Assembly (NCBI GenBank): GCA_051942245.1
Contig: JAVECL010000029.1
Location: forward strand, 1 to 64,000
From: Trypethelium eluteriae
Taxonomy: Eukaryota
Length of the DNA: 64,000 bases
Direction of reading: 5' to 3'
Part shown: in pieces, positions 1 to 13,100 of the stretch
Numbering within the stretch: the first letter of the stretch is position 1
Layout of the letters: each line of letters starts with the position of its first letter
The notes under the pieces: model-generated
Told to the model about the DNA's origin: nothing
Database searches by the model: none
What the model saw: only the letters and a program-made list of their open reading frames with translations
Made by a program: the position numbers and the translations under genes

Positions 1-2251
1 TCCTCCTCCTCCTCCTCCCCCAGCTACAGTAGGCGTCCCGTTCGCAAGGTGCAGCACATCACCACCAGCGGGACCAGCAGGAGCGGTAGCAGCAAATGGA
101 TTATTGGTCGCTTGGAGCGGCATCGTCACCGCTCTTTTGACTCCACTGGCACCTGTATTCGAGAATCCAGGGCCCATGCCCATGCCCATGCCCACGTGCA
201 TGTCTCCATTCGTGGGTGGCATGGACATCGGCATGGGTGTCGCAGAGCCACCGGAAGGAGCCTGCCAGGCTGCTGCATGGGATGGAAGCGGCTCGTGCTC
301 CGCGATCGTGGCAGGGCGCGACACACCGGGTTGCGGATAGTTGTAGAGGGCTAGGATGCTTTGCTTGTCGTGGCGGACGGTGCCAGTGGGCTGGGAGAGA
401 AGGGATTGAGCTTGTGCGTATGGCTGTGGTGGCTGCGAAGGCGGTTGAGTAAAATATGGGTTGTGAAGGGGCGAGGCTTGCTGCGGCGCTTGCTGCGAGA
501 AGGGTGATGGTTGAGAAGAGATCTGCATCTGTGGATATTGTTGTGGTGGTTGCTGGTAGGACTGGGGCTGCTGTTGAGGCATCTGCTGATTGTTTTGCGG
601 CTGGTACGCGAATTGTTGAGACTGCGTGAACGGTGCTTGTGTAGCTGATGGCTGACCAAATGGGTTCGAAGGACTAAAAATCTGAGATCTTGAGGTACGT
701 AGGAATGGATTGCTGGCCTGAGTATGACTAGTCGCTTGAGCGTTTTGTTGTTGTTGCGGATATTGCTGGGAGGGAGTTTGGTCGTATTGCGGGGGTATCT
801 GAGGAATTGGAGGTGGAGTAAAAGTCTTAAGAAATGGATTCGTCTGTTGTTGGAAACCCGGAGCCGCAAATCCTCCGGTATTGTTTGGAAAAAGTTGTTG
901 CTGCGACGAGATACTCATATTTTGCAGGGATTGCTCAAATGACTGTCCCTGAGTCGCCTGCTGCTGATGCATATTGAAAGGGTTGTACGGATTGTTGGGT
1001 GACGCTGGTTGCGAGTAAGAATTGCCGTTCACCTGGGACTGCTGCAACTGCTGAACAGGAGCAGGCTGCTGTTGCTGTTGCTGCTGATCCAGTCGCTCGA
1101 ATGGATTGGAGTGATTCGAAGCACTCGGCGTCTGCCTCGTCTTTTCGACGCTGATGCCATTAATAGCCCCACCAGGTGTCTCTGACCTTGATGCTGGTTT
1201 ACTGGCTCCCTCAATTCTGATAAGCGATTCCACAGCCTTATCCAGGTTGCCGTTATGTCCTTTCAGCACCGTCGAGTTTCGTCTTTCATCAGTAAATCCC
1301 ATTTCCCGCAGATTAGCCAGCTTTTGCTCGAAGCTATCCCCGGAAGTCCGATCTATACTTGTTCCGAATATCCTCGATGGTTTGTTAGTCCGAGCTTGAG
1401 GTTCACTCTCTTCAAACCCACTCAATCCCGCAGTCGCCGGCGGACTATCCATTTCCGCTCTTGCATTTTTCCTCGTCATTGGGAATGTGGAAGAGGCGGA
1501 ACGCAAGCTGAAGCCAAAACGCTTGCCCGGCTTTGGAGGTAGAGGAGGAGGTTGGTCTTCCACTGAACTTGTGCTGCCTGTGTTGTGTCTTGTTTCCGGC
1601 CGAGAAGCGCCTCCGGAGAAGACAGCCGTTTCATACTTTTGTCGTATAAATCGTTCCATTGCTCCGTCCACTTCATCAACATCGATCGGTATGGATGGTT
1701 TCGCGTTTTGAGGATTATACATGCGATTTGAATTAACGTTTCCCATTTTCTTCATATTCTGCAAGCAGTCAGCGTATTGTCATTTGGGGTGTTGCGGCGG
1801 ACCCAAATCCAAACCTACATCAACCTGCTCATTGCTCCAGCTATCCATGCTCAGCGATTTGACTTTGGAGATGTGTGTACCCAGCTTCCTGTGCAAGGCT
1901 GCGCATCGCATACAAAGGAACACACCAACCTATGTTCTCACGCTGCGTCAGCAATTATTCCGAGGATGCAAGGTGAATAATTTAAATGTAGCATCATGTC
2001 CTGCGAAAGTTGTCTTGGGTTTGGTTCGACGACGGGGAAAAGGGGAGACAACTTACACTCCAGCTTGCCCATCCTGTCAAGCTCAGTCAGTAGGTCGTAC
2101 GGAAGGATAGGGTGTTTTAGTTGAATAAATTCTTACCTGGATTGCGCGCTCCGCAGTCAGCGCATCTGTCATTTCCTGGCACCGTCCTGATCAACTCTTG
2201 CAATGCGCGTTCGTTTCGCGCCTGCTGGCGCTTGCTCAGAGCTGCCGTCAT
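1..2251 (-). CDS. GTS1: ArfGAP + UBA domain protein with Q/P-rich, NPF-repeat C-terminus (Gts1-like); 3' end lies outside the window
   Basis: Spliced exons 2251-2137, 2073-2057, 1929-1819 and 1758-<1 give [75 protein letters not shown] (ArfGAP CxxC-16-CxxC-R). A UBA-like LANLREMGF...LDKAVESL follows, then at least six NPF motifs. Missing from the ORF track because the frame is open to position 1. Confidence 0.9.
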
Positions 2252-2813
2252 TATGGGTTATTACTATCACGAGTGGGAGCGTGCAGGCTCAATGGCTTGC
2301 AGTCAGGATTATAAAGAATGGCTCGGAAAACTTCCGTCTAGACCCGGGCTTGCATAGTGTATAGGTAAGTTAAGATTAGAGGAGGACTGTAGGAATCATA
2401 ATCTCGTTCGAGGTCGTAACAAAACAGGATGGATTATACTGATGCAGTGTTGACGGTGTTGCGTACACAAAGCGCTGGTGGTAGAGTGAGACGGGCGGAA
2501 AGGCGACAGATCTGGCTCTGGCCATGTGCTCGGGTGCACGACTTGTGCAGCGGCACAGGGGCTCCTCTTCCGCTTGGGTCGATGCGTAACAAAACATGAC
2601 GATGTGATGAGTACCTGATTAGGAGGTACGCAGTCACTTGGCTTCTCGATACAGTAGACTGGAGGGAGGAAGAGCATCTCCAGGCATCTATCATCTGGCA
2701 TTCACACGTTCTACGAGCTACAGATCTGCGCCGCCAACAAAGTGCGAGGTTTTTGTTTTAACTTTTCCGACAGGAAGCTTGCAGCCCACACGAATCCCGA
2801 ACTCCACAGTGAC

Positions 2814-2848
2814 ACATGATGACATGATTACATGATTACATGATTACA
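2814..2848. repeat. 8-bp tandem repeat (ACATGATT), about 4.4 copies
   Basis: acatgatg acatgatt acatgatt acatgatt aca read directly, in the GTS1 upstream region. Confidence 0.9.
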
Positions 2849-5425
2849 GCTGATTGCACTCTTCACCGCCTGGCGTCAGTAAAAACTGAAGCTCACCAAG
2901 CTCATCCTGTCGATCAATCGTGTCGGGCGCGCAGGTGACTGCCCAAACCATCTCAACATCCACTCGAATGCCTTGGCTGGGAGCCTTTTTTGCGTCCTCT
3001 TGGTCTGGAACGCCAATATGACCATCCAGCCTATAGACGGACCTTTCCGAAGATCAGTCCAGAATTGGAGGTTGATTATGCGTTCGTAGAAATTGTATGA
3101 GGAAAAGAAGAAGAAGAGAAAAGGCGCGTCAGAAATTAGTTATGTATGTAACTAGAACTCGTCGGTGGGGGTGGCACAGGCGTAGGCACAGGTATGGATA
3201 CGGTACGTTAAGGTACGCACCGCACGGCCGGACAACTCGCCTCCGGAGCTCGGCCGAGCACTTTCATTATCAACTACTAAGGTGCGGTGCTGGTGCTCAC
3301 CTCTACCTCTCTGCCTGCCTTAGGTACCTCTACCTACCTATGCATCTTCTCCTCCTTCTCCTGTCATTGGCTTGCTCGTAAACTTCCGCCCAATCAGCGC
3401 TCCCTTCCGCCATGCCCACGAGACTTACTCTGTACTTGCAATGACTTCAAGCTAGTCCACCATCCTGAAAACCTCGTCCTTGATGGAATCGAGCTTCATT
3501 TAGCTCGACAATAGGCCAAGCCCGAAGCTGAATATCGTTCCCGGTCTGACACGATGCTCTCACATCCGGGTAGCAATCCTCAGGACGGATCACGAAACAG
3601 TCGTCGTCTTGCTAGAATTAGCAAATGACGCTTTGAAAGTCTTGTCCATCCAGAACCCACGATTTGCCTGCGTTTCGATCTCGTTCTTCCATGATCCCAG
3701 CGCTACTTCATCAGTCAGTGGAAGAGCAAAGGAGGAAACTCCAGGTCTGTCGCAAGGACCGCGTCTGCATCTTTACTCCACCCTGCCGTTCTCTTCTCTT
3801 GATAGAATTGTGCAGGACTATAGCAGACGTACATCTGCCTTTTTTCGTGCTTTTTTATGCTTCTGTTTATCAGAAATACGAGTCCCTTCATTTCCTCCAC
3901 CCTTTGACCGGTCAACGCTGGGCTACCCCAATAGGGGGATGGAACAGGAGATGGCGATTTGGAGCTTGCCAGCAACTTTCCGACCTGACAAATCCTCAGC
4001 AAGACCACTTCCTGCTGCTATACTTAGGCTGTCGTCTTTACTTCTCTTGTCTATTTCGTCTCTGTTTTTCCTTTCCTGCTCAGTGCCCCCGTTCGCGCAG
4101 TCAGTCCATCATTGCTCACGTTGGTTTCACCATCCATGGTTCTGGGGAAGCGCCACTAATATTCCTTGTATGATTACTTGTCTTAGTTGCAGTTTCCATC
4201 TACTGAGCGTAGGAACTTGGGTAAGCCATGCAAGGCACCCAATAGCCACCGGACTGTTTAATTCCTGTCTGTGAAGTTTTAGCTTTAGGGTTCGGATGGA
4301 CCAGCCCGAAAAAAGCGCTTGCATGCCCATCAAGCCTGCAAGTATCAATCCAAGTAGATGCCACGGTGTGAAGATTCACTAGACCCATGATCACATGTAT
4401 TTGTAGTCGCCGTGATAGCAGCAGCGATGGTTTTAAGCTCTCCTGATTGGGAACTTTGATGCCGGTGAAGCTACAATCTTCGGCAACGTGACGAGCATAA
4501 TGAAGGCTGCCACCGCAGTAGTCCGATCCCTCCCCTTCCCTCTAGTTTCCCATCCGCTTTGTTACCCCCTGTCGCCGCCACGTGTGTATCAAGCTACGAA
4601 TCTATCTACGGAGTAAGCCATCCCAAAGAAGGCCACCTGCAAGGATCTAACGTATGCCATGTGCTGGTCCTAGATCATAGTACCCACTCTATCTGGACCA
4701 CCCCACAATCAGCCGTACGGCATCTTCATATTCTCGTTGACCGTTCAGCCGCAATTTCAGGGTTCACACCGGTGCCCCGATTTTGTAGGATTTAGGGATG
4801 TGCAAATCTGATCGGGCCGGCATCTGCCACGTGAGGTTAGTTAGGGTCTTGGGTGCTTTGGCGGCAATACAAAGTCTAAAGTACCTTTACTGAATTCCGT
4901 GCGAAAGGTCGACACCGAAATTAGATCAGCCACAATCACGCGTAGATGATAGGCGACATTGAGTCCCTTGTAACCCAAAAGATTGATCACCAGTTGGATG
5001 GAGCAATTTTTGCGTCCAATGTAGCTGTGACGTAGGGAGCTTTAGGATCACCTACAGCATACGGAATTTCCTCGCATAGTCACTCTTGCCTGCTAGCCGA
5101 GAATGATTATCTAAGATATATAATCATCTCAATCGATAGGTTCGTGCGCGCATGTAGCCGCTAAAAGTGGTATAGTGCTAATGATCATGATACACATGTC
5201 TCAGTTCTGCGTTCCAATGCTTGTAAATGCGACAAAGCGTGACGAAAAGCGCCAAATTTCTTTGCTTTCCCGTCTCCAGCGGCTCACGAGCTGCAGTAGA
5301 ACGCCTGAGGGCCTATTGGTCGCCGCTTATGGAAATTATAGCGAGTATCCCTGCTTGCAAATGCCAATGAGATGCTAGTAAATGAGTGGATACACAAATA
5401 GCCGACCCCGTTGATTCTGAGACAT

Positions 5426-8354
5426 TCACTGTTGCGTACTTTTCAGCCCCAGTAGAAAACGAGCCAGGAGTCGTGACGTGCTTAGTGTCTGCGTTTCCAA
5501 CGAGATTGGCATCGCTTGCCGCTCTTGCAGATATGACTCTGTGACCAACGAGGTTAGCGTAAACATTCTTCCACGTGCAGAGAACCGACCACTGTACAGA
5601 CAGGCGCTGTCGTAGAGAGCAGTGTAGAATGCGAGAGTTAATGTAGGGGAAATATTCACGTACTCTTTTCGTCCACCAAATCTGACACGTCCCTCACAAA
5701 TCGCATTTCCCTGTCTCCAATCCATTTGGTCATGTGCTCGTATCCATTGTCTTTGAGCGGGTTCAGACTCTTGTTGAACTTGGAGGAGAATAGACTGCAC
5801 AAGAAGTGAAACCTCTCATCAATCGCTTCAGCAGCTCCATCCGCCTCGTTGGCTGCATGTGCTCCCACGATTTCTCTGCGTTGCCACCGATCGTCCATAA
5901 TGATATAAACAGTTCTTTGCATATCCTCTTGTGCCATTGCGAGACCCAGAAGGCATAAAAATGCAGGAACCCAGTTTCCCCGCACGTTGGAGGAGTGGAG
6001 AATTTGCTGAAGCTTGTTGAGAAGGTTCGTGAGAAGCTCCCGGTGGAGTAGAGAGAAGAGGTACTTTAGTTGACGGTTCGCCATGCGCGGAGAAGTATAA
6101 GGATCATGGGGAAGCGGAAAGTGATGCCTGTGACTAAGCCAATGGAGAAGTGATTCCTGGGTTTCCGGGGTAAAGGTTAGTGTGCGGCCCATCATATAGG
6201 TCACCAGGATAAGACGCATAATTTGTCCAAGGAGAGGTTGATGCTATTTCGTGTCAGAACGACTGTCTACCTGACAGTACTGGTCGTCATGTGAGCTCAC
6301 CTTGCTATCGGGATCCTCGTAGAAAAGGTCGACCATGAGCTTGAGGAGACGCTTCGCAAAGTCATCGTCCTCCTCTTGATAGAACTTCCTCGGTAAATCG
6401 GACAGGTGACGCCGGACAACGTCGTCAATATATCTTTCATAGATTCGTGCATCAGCGTCTTGCACGTGATATAGGGCCAAGGGAGGCGATCGTTTGATAA
6501 TACGCTCGCTATGACCAGTATTGGGATTTCTGATATATTGTGCTTGCTTTGCCAACTCTGGAGTAGTTGGAGCAAATTCGTGTACGGTACAAACGATTGG
6601 ATGCGCTAAACCTATGCTGAGCTTGATCGTGATTGGAGTCTCATCGAGGTGGCCAATTTGTGTCTGACAGAAGCTCCGTAAAGCTTGACGTTCGTGGATC
6701 ATTCCCATCACTCCTGTTCATTCTAGTCAGTTGTGAACTTTCTAGTCGTTCGGTACTCGACCGCACCTGGCAGGAATTGTAGTTGGAGATCCATTAACCT
6801 GGTCCGATCGCAACCAAGAGCACCGTTTGGCCGTGCTCGATTGATACGCTTCAAACATCTGTGACATATTTGGCCAGGACCACACTCGTGGGAATTAGTC
6901 TCAAATCTCGAAGTGGCAGGTCCGGATTTCCATACCTTGTCTCTTTGGAAGACACATCTCCAACACGAGACAACGTCTCGCATCTCTCGTGCGCTAGCTT
7001 TCGTGTTATCAGCCAAGTGAGAGCCGCGCTTTCGTCCACCAGCCTTCATGGAATCTTCCCTTCTTCGCCGCTTTATCTGGGAATTTGACGAAGCTGACGC
7101 CTTTGCGCTTGTCACTGAGGCACTTCGGGTGGACTGATGAGAAGCGCTGGATAAAGCTTGGCCACTTTCGGCATCCAGAAACCGTGAGGATTGATCGAGA
7201 GAGAATTGGCCGTCGTCTTCCATGGATGGGACGATGGGCGGAGTTGGATTAGACTCATAGTGACCTAAAGAACGGTGGGAGAAGGGATCTGAATGATAGA
7301 TACCAGAGGAGCTTCCCACCACAGAGCTATGAAAACTGTTTCGATTCGAGCTAGTTGGCCGCAGAGGTGGTGTGTAATGGTGAGGTTCATCTTCGAAGGC
7401 CAGTTGCGGTGGTGCGCTGAGTCTCTGGTGATGATGCGTAGAGTCTGAGTCTGCTGGATGTAGATATGCTTTTCTGTGAATTAGCCACTACGAACATCAA
7501 GACGAAGGGCCGTGGTCCTTACCGGGGTGATTGTTTGCCAGATCTTCGATACGCTCTGACAGAGCTCTGTGAGAATTGAAAGGTGAATGGACGTGTGGAT
7601 GGATTGTAAGGTCTTCATAATGATGGAAATTGTTGGGGGAGTTGTGAGGTACGGTCAAGCCTCTTGGTCCCAGCCTGCTGGAAAATATCGAATGAATTGA
7701 AGGTTGCGCCAGGGAGGCCTGCAAAGCGGGACCTCCGGCCGGTATCCCATGGAAATCATCAGAGATGCCGAGTCCGAAGTCCGCTACATTGGCTCCGAAA
7801 GGTGGAACTTCTGATTGATAGCCGGCGAGTTCTGCAGTTCGACCTCCTGGGAAGGGGTCAAAAGACGATAAGGTGGGTTGACTTGGATAGCTGGATATGT
7901 CGGGTGGCGGCAATGAATAGCGATGATCATTCTCATTCTTTTGGTGGGTGTCCGAAACGGGGAATTCCCAAGAAGTATCAGAAAGGTTGTTAGAACTCCC
8001 ATTCAAGTCCTGCATGTGCAAGAAATGGTCCATATCTCTGGAGTGATCGGGAATGCTACTAGTTTCCAAAAGATGGGGGCGATCCTGGTCTAAAGTGACG
8101 GACGTGCTGACCGACGCAGACAGACTTTCGGGGTAGGTGTTTTCATTAGAATTGGACATTTCGCCGGGGGATGAATCAGGGGAGAAAGAAAGAGGGTGCG
8201 TAATCGAAAATCCCAGCCCACCAAGCCAGTCCCAGTCATCGCTATTCGCAGGTCCAACACCGGTAGAAGCAGCACTGGCGGCGTACACCTGTTCAAGATC
8301 ATCCAGTCCGTCCAACGGGGAATCGTACGGTTCGGCCAAAACTTCGATACTCAT
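5426..8354 (-). CDS. Fungal transcription factor with a central, atypical Zn(II)2Cys6 cluster
   Basis: Six exons: 8354-7523, 7468-6936, 6884-6767, 6713-6301, 6243-5664, 5538-5426. They join five ORF-track fragments in frame. Spliced motif CWRCVFQRDK/CGPGQICHRC-x14-C is preceded by basic KRRRR...GGRKRG; the N-terminus is long, acidic and Ser-rich. Confidence 0.85.
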
Positions 8355-10190
8355 CTGGTCGGTGGTTCTAAGTCAAGAGATAGGCAGCGAGATTATTGCG
8401 GGCGGCTATGTCCTTCTTTCCCAGCGTGAATAGAAAACCTAACGTCGTCCAACGGTTTATGAGCTCGACGCAGGGGCATCAAAGGGAGATAAAGGTCGCA
8501 GGTCGTCCGGAGCTCACGAACCACTCAGCCCTACCATGCTCACTATGGTTTGGCAGCCCTGACATCCCAGGCACCGTCACGCAGTGTTCAAGTCAAGCGT
8601 TGCTCTCGTGCTCGAGAGCTGCACCTATTTTCAGGCTGCAGGAAATGGTTGCGCCCATGCGCCCTCACTAATCCTAAAAGTCCCCGCAAAGCTCACCGGT
8701 GAAAAAACGTCGGATCTGCGCTATAAGAAACACTAATCTAACTTAGCAAAACCCAAACCAGTGGAATCTCGTCCAATCCAGTGCAATCTCCTAGAAACCG
8801 ACCCGAAGAGCTGAGCTGTCGTCGCTTGACCCTGTTGCGACATGGGATGGGTAGGCCGGCACGATGCGATGGCATGTGCGATGGGCGTTGATTAGGTTTG
8901 GATATTGCTGATCGGAAGATCTAGCGAGCATGCTTTTCTGACTGCATCCTCCCCAGTAGTACTCCGTACCAGCATCACCGCATCAAAGACGTTCGCCCAT
9001 GTAGTACAAAGCCCAGATGCTGGCTAAATTGTAGAAACCCCTGCAATCAGCGCCGACTGCCGTGGCTAGCTCCAGTTTAGACAAGGTGGTGGGGGAGGCA
9101 GTCAGCGGAGCTGAGGTAATCGCGCGGAGGAATAACTGGTGGTGGTTAGTTGCGACGTACGGGGCGTCTCGAAAGTGCCACAATTCCTCGAAGCGTTTTA
9201 TCGACCTGCCTTGCAGCTTAAGCATCAGATCTAGAGTCACGATCTTGGCCAGGCATTCTAGGTAACCAACTGCCTGAAATGAAGGGAGAGAAAGAACAGT
9301 TGGAAAGTTGCTGCAGACTGTAGAAGATGCAAAGGTGCAAAATTGCCGTGCGAACCGCATCGACTGGGCTACATACCTGGTCGCGTTCGCGTCCCGATTC
9401 CAAATTGCTGGGTCGGTTGGATTGACGTGGTGGCTTAAAGGGCGGTGGACCCTCGATGTTAGAGTAGTCGTGGCTGTCTGGGCCAGTGCGGGAACCTGCA
9501 ATATGGTCATGTTCATGTTCATGTATGTCCAGTATAGAGCATTCTCTCGGCGAATCTCAACGCGAGAAACGCGGGAGCCTAATCGTCTCTCCTTGCGTTA
9601 CTCGGTTACTGTGAAACTTTTATTGCGACATCCCATCGTTGCATGCACCAACCATTGGGGCTGAAGAGCCTCACCGGCGTGGCTTGCCTAGCTATCCAAC
9701 GTTGGAGGAACACTGTGCGCTTGTGGCGGAGATAATTTAGGTGGGTTTGAGATGTGGCTTTCTGTTTGCTGGCATTTTCACCGCAAGGAGGTAATGGGGA
9801 TGGAAGCACCGTAGCATCTGCTACACCCAACCTGAGCTATCAGGCATTCCATTTGCTCAGGCAAACAGGCAACCGCGAAGCACGTGTGAAGCTGCCGACG
9901 TCATTGCTCCACGTCCCTGCAAGCGCGTCTCCGCGTGTCGAAACTTGTTGTCTACCATGTCCAGGAACTGCCTTCCGAACCAATGATTGTGATCATTCAC
10001 CAATTGGCGCTCGTTTCCGTGAATTGCGTATGAGGCCAGTCTCATGTTGTTCTGCATGAAAGCCTTTCTGCACGCCAATGGCGACTACCACGTAGTAATT
10101 CAGCAGCTTGTCACGAAATTATGGCTGCCATCGACTACCTAACTATTGTCTGCTAACTCACGGTCGGACACCCTCGACGCACTGCACAAG

Positions 10191-13100
10191 ATGTCCGACG
10201 ACGATGACACTAAAGGACGCAAGCGCCGCCCCAGAGATCCTTACACTTCCCGACATCCAATCCCAACCGTACAAGACTATCGTGAGGAAAAGGAACACCG
10301 GCGAGCAAGAGCACAGGCAGGAGCCACTGATCATGGCATTGTCCAATCCAATGAAAGGAACGACAAAGGCCCTGAGTGGCAGCAGGGGGACGGTCAGGCT
10401 GGAGCAATGGCTCATGAAAAGAGTGAGCAAGGCGAAGCCGGCATGGCTGGCTTATCACAAGAGGACCAGGTAAAAGCTCAGGATGTGACTGAGGATACTT
10501 CCGAGGCTGTCACCGGCGCTCAAGACCCAAGAGAGTCACGGAAGACCATGCAGAAGCGCAAGGATGAACGTGCTGAGCGTGAAGTTACGGACCCCGTAAC
10601 TCATCTCCCAGTAATAGTACATGACATGACGGCGGGTGATTTCAAGAACATCCCCAAGAATGAACAACCGGTAGGCGCAGATCACAGAACCGCGACTGGA
10701 GTGGACGCTGCTTCGAAGAGCACTGGCTCTTTGGAAGATGAGGCTCGTGAAGCGCAGCAAAACCACATTGGCATGGAGAGAGCCTTTCCCCCTCCAAACT
10801 TTGATGCTACTCGTGCTGAGCTCATTAGACTGTACTATCTCGCATTCAATATCGGGATTGGTCTGATCGTTGTAGCTCTACTTTCCTTGTTTGTACTTGA
10901 CAAAGTCGTTGGCTTCAGTGAACTAGTCCAAAGCTCTATCATTGGACGGCCTTCTTCTGGCAACATCGCTTCTAGTATAATCATTCTAGGCCTCGGGATA
11001 GGCCTCGGCTCTGTGATCGTGCTTGGAATGCACCAATGGATTGAAACCAAAGTCAGCGCAATTTGGGAGACTGAGTTATGGGAAGCAGAGCGTCAAGAGG
11101 GTAAGCGTTTGCAAGGAACCAAAGCCTCCGAATCTCCTCAATGGCTTAACGGTTTGCTCGCTTCGGTCTGGCCATTGATCAATCCAGACCTGTTCACAAG
11201 TTTAGCAGACACGCTCGAGGTGGGTTGCGAATTTTTATAGGCAGTCAAGCTGGCACCCTTTCTATCTCCAAGAACCATCGCGCAAGCCCCTTGATTTTGA
11301 ATTTGACACTCCTAGTCCGGTGACCTGCTTACAGTGATGCTGCTTACACTTGACAGGACGTCATGCAAGCATCTCTCCCTCGCCTTATCCGCATGGTCAG
11401 TGTGGACGATATCGGTCAGGGCAGCGAATCGATTCGCATTTTAGGAATTCGGTGGCTGCCAACTGGTGCAGCTGCTCATTCTGTATCCGAGGATGGGCAC
11501 ATCAAGACTGGCTCCGAAAATCACGAGAACAGTGATAGAACAGTGCCTGGCCAAGGCGAGGTCGAACAAGATGTCGATCCATCTGACAATAATAACCGAA
11601 ACTCAAATGACACAGAGGACCATAAACAACGAGAGCAAGAAGAGCAAGAAGGAGAAAACGTCGCAGAAGGCATGGAAGCCGAGGAAGGCGATTTCGTGAA
11701 CCTCGAGGTTGCTTTTGCCTATCGTTCGAGGTCAGCCAGTAAACGATTCCGCGATAAAGTTAAGAATGCGCACATTTATATGGCCCTCTATCTCCCTGCT
11801 GGAATTAAATTGCCAGTCTGGGCAGAGCTTCGTGGTATCGTCGGAACTATGCGTATGCGCTTGCAACTTACTCCCGATCCACCATTCTTCGCTCTTTGCA
11901 CAATGACTTTTCTTGGCCAGCCGAAAGTCGATGTCTCCTGTATGCCACTTACTCGGAAAGGTGTTAATGTTCTTGACTTACCTATCATCTCCAATTTCGT
12001 CCAGAGCTCCATCGACGCCGCCATTGCTGAATATGTCGCCCCAAAGAGCAAGACTCTCAATCTGAAAGACATGATTGTGGGTGATGACTTCAAGAAGGAC
12101 ACCAACGCGCGCGGGGTTCTTGTCGTGAGGATCATTCGGGGGTACGACTTCAAAGAAGGCGATAGTAGTTGGGGTCCACTGAAGGATGGATCTGCAGATC
12201 CTTACGTTTCTGTCGGCTGGGCGAAATTTGGGAAACCTGTTTGGTCTACGCGTGTCATTCAAAGCGACATGGAGCCTTGCTGGGAAGAGACTGCATTCGT
12301 TCTTGTAACGCAGGAGGAGCTGAACGTTGATGAGCGCCTACGCGTCCAGCTCTGGGACTCAGACCGAACAACCGCGGATGATGATCTTGGACGTATTGAA
12401 GTGGACCTCAAGCAAATCATGCAGGACCCAGCCACGAACGGCAGAATGCAAGAAAATCGAGTCGACGGCTTCAAGGCCCTCTCAAAGGATGAGAAAATGC
12501 CTGGCAAGCTTGAATGGAGTGTCGGATACTTCTCTAAAGTTCCCATCCGTGACAGCCAACTCTCCAAGCAGACGCTGGATACCTCGATCCGCACCGTCTC
12601 GCAACTCAAGGAGAAGGTCGACGTGGAGAGCAGCCGCAAGCTACGTGAAGCCAAACACGACGAATCCCGCGAACTCTCTCAGCAACAGGCTCAAGACTTC
12701 AAAGTGCGCCAAGACGAGCTCATTTGCGCTGCTCCTCCCCCTGAAGACTATCCTTCAGGCATTCTTTCCATCCAAATCCACCAGATCACCGGTCTCGAAT
12801 ACGAGCAAATCAACAAGCGACAAGCGAGTAAGGCAACTGCTGACGTCGACGACGGGGACGAAGCGGAGCAGGATGACGACCTGCCGAGCTCGTACTGCAC
12901 CGTGATCCTCAATCATCAGAAGATTTTCAAGACACGCACGAAGCCGAAGAATGCGAAGCCCTTCTTCAATGCGGGCACGGAGCGCTTCATCCGAGATTGG
13001 CGGAACAGCGAAGTACTAATTGCAGTACGAGATGCGCGTATCCACGAGATGGACGCGCTACTTGGCGTCGTGACTCTGCCTCTGCAACACCTCTTTGAGG

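Noticed and set aside
351..869. 172-aa minus-strand ORF and neighbouring short ORFs
   Set aside because: Alternative frames of the Q/P-rich GTS1 exon.
3609..4274. 221-aa and 169-aa plus-strand ORFs
   Set aside because: Both start at TTG, are L/S/F-rich because of pyrimidine-rich DNA, and show no recognisable motifs.
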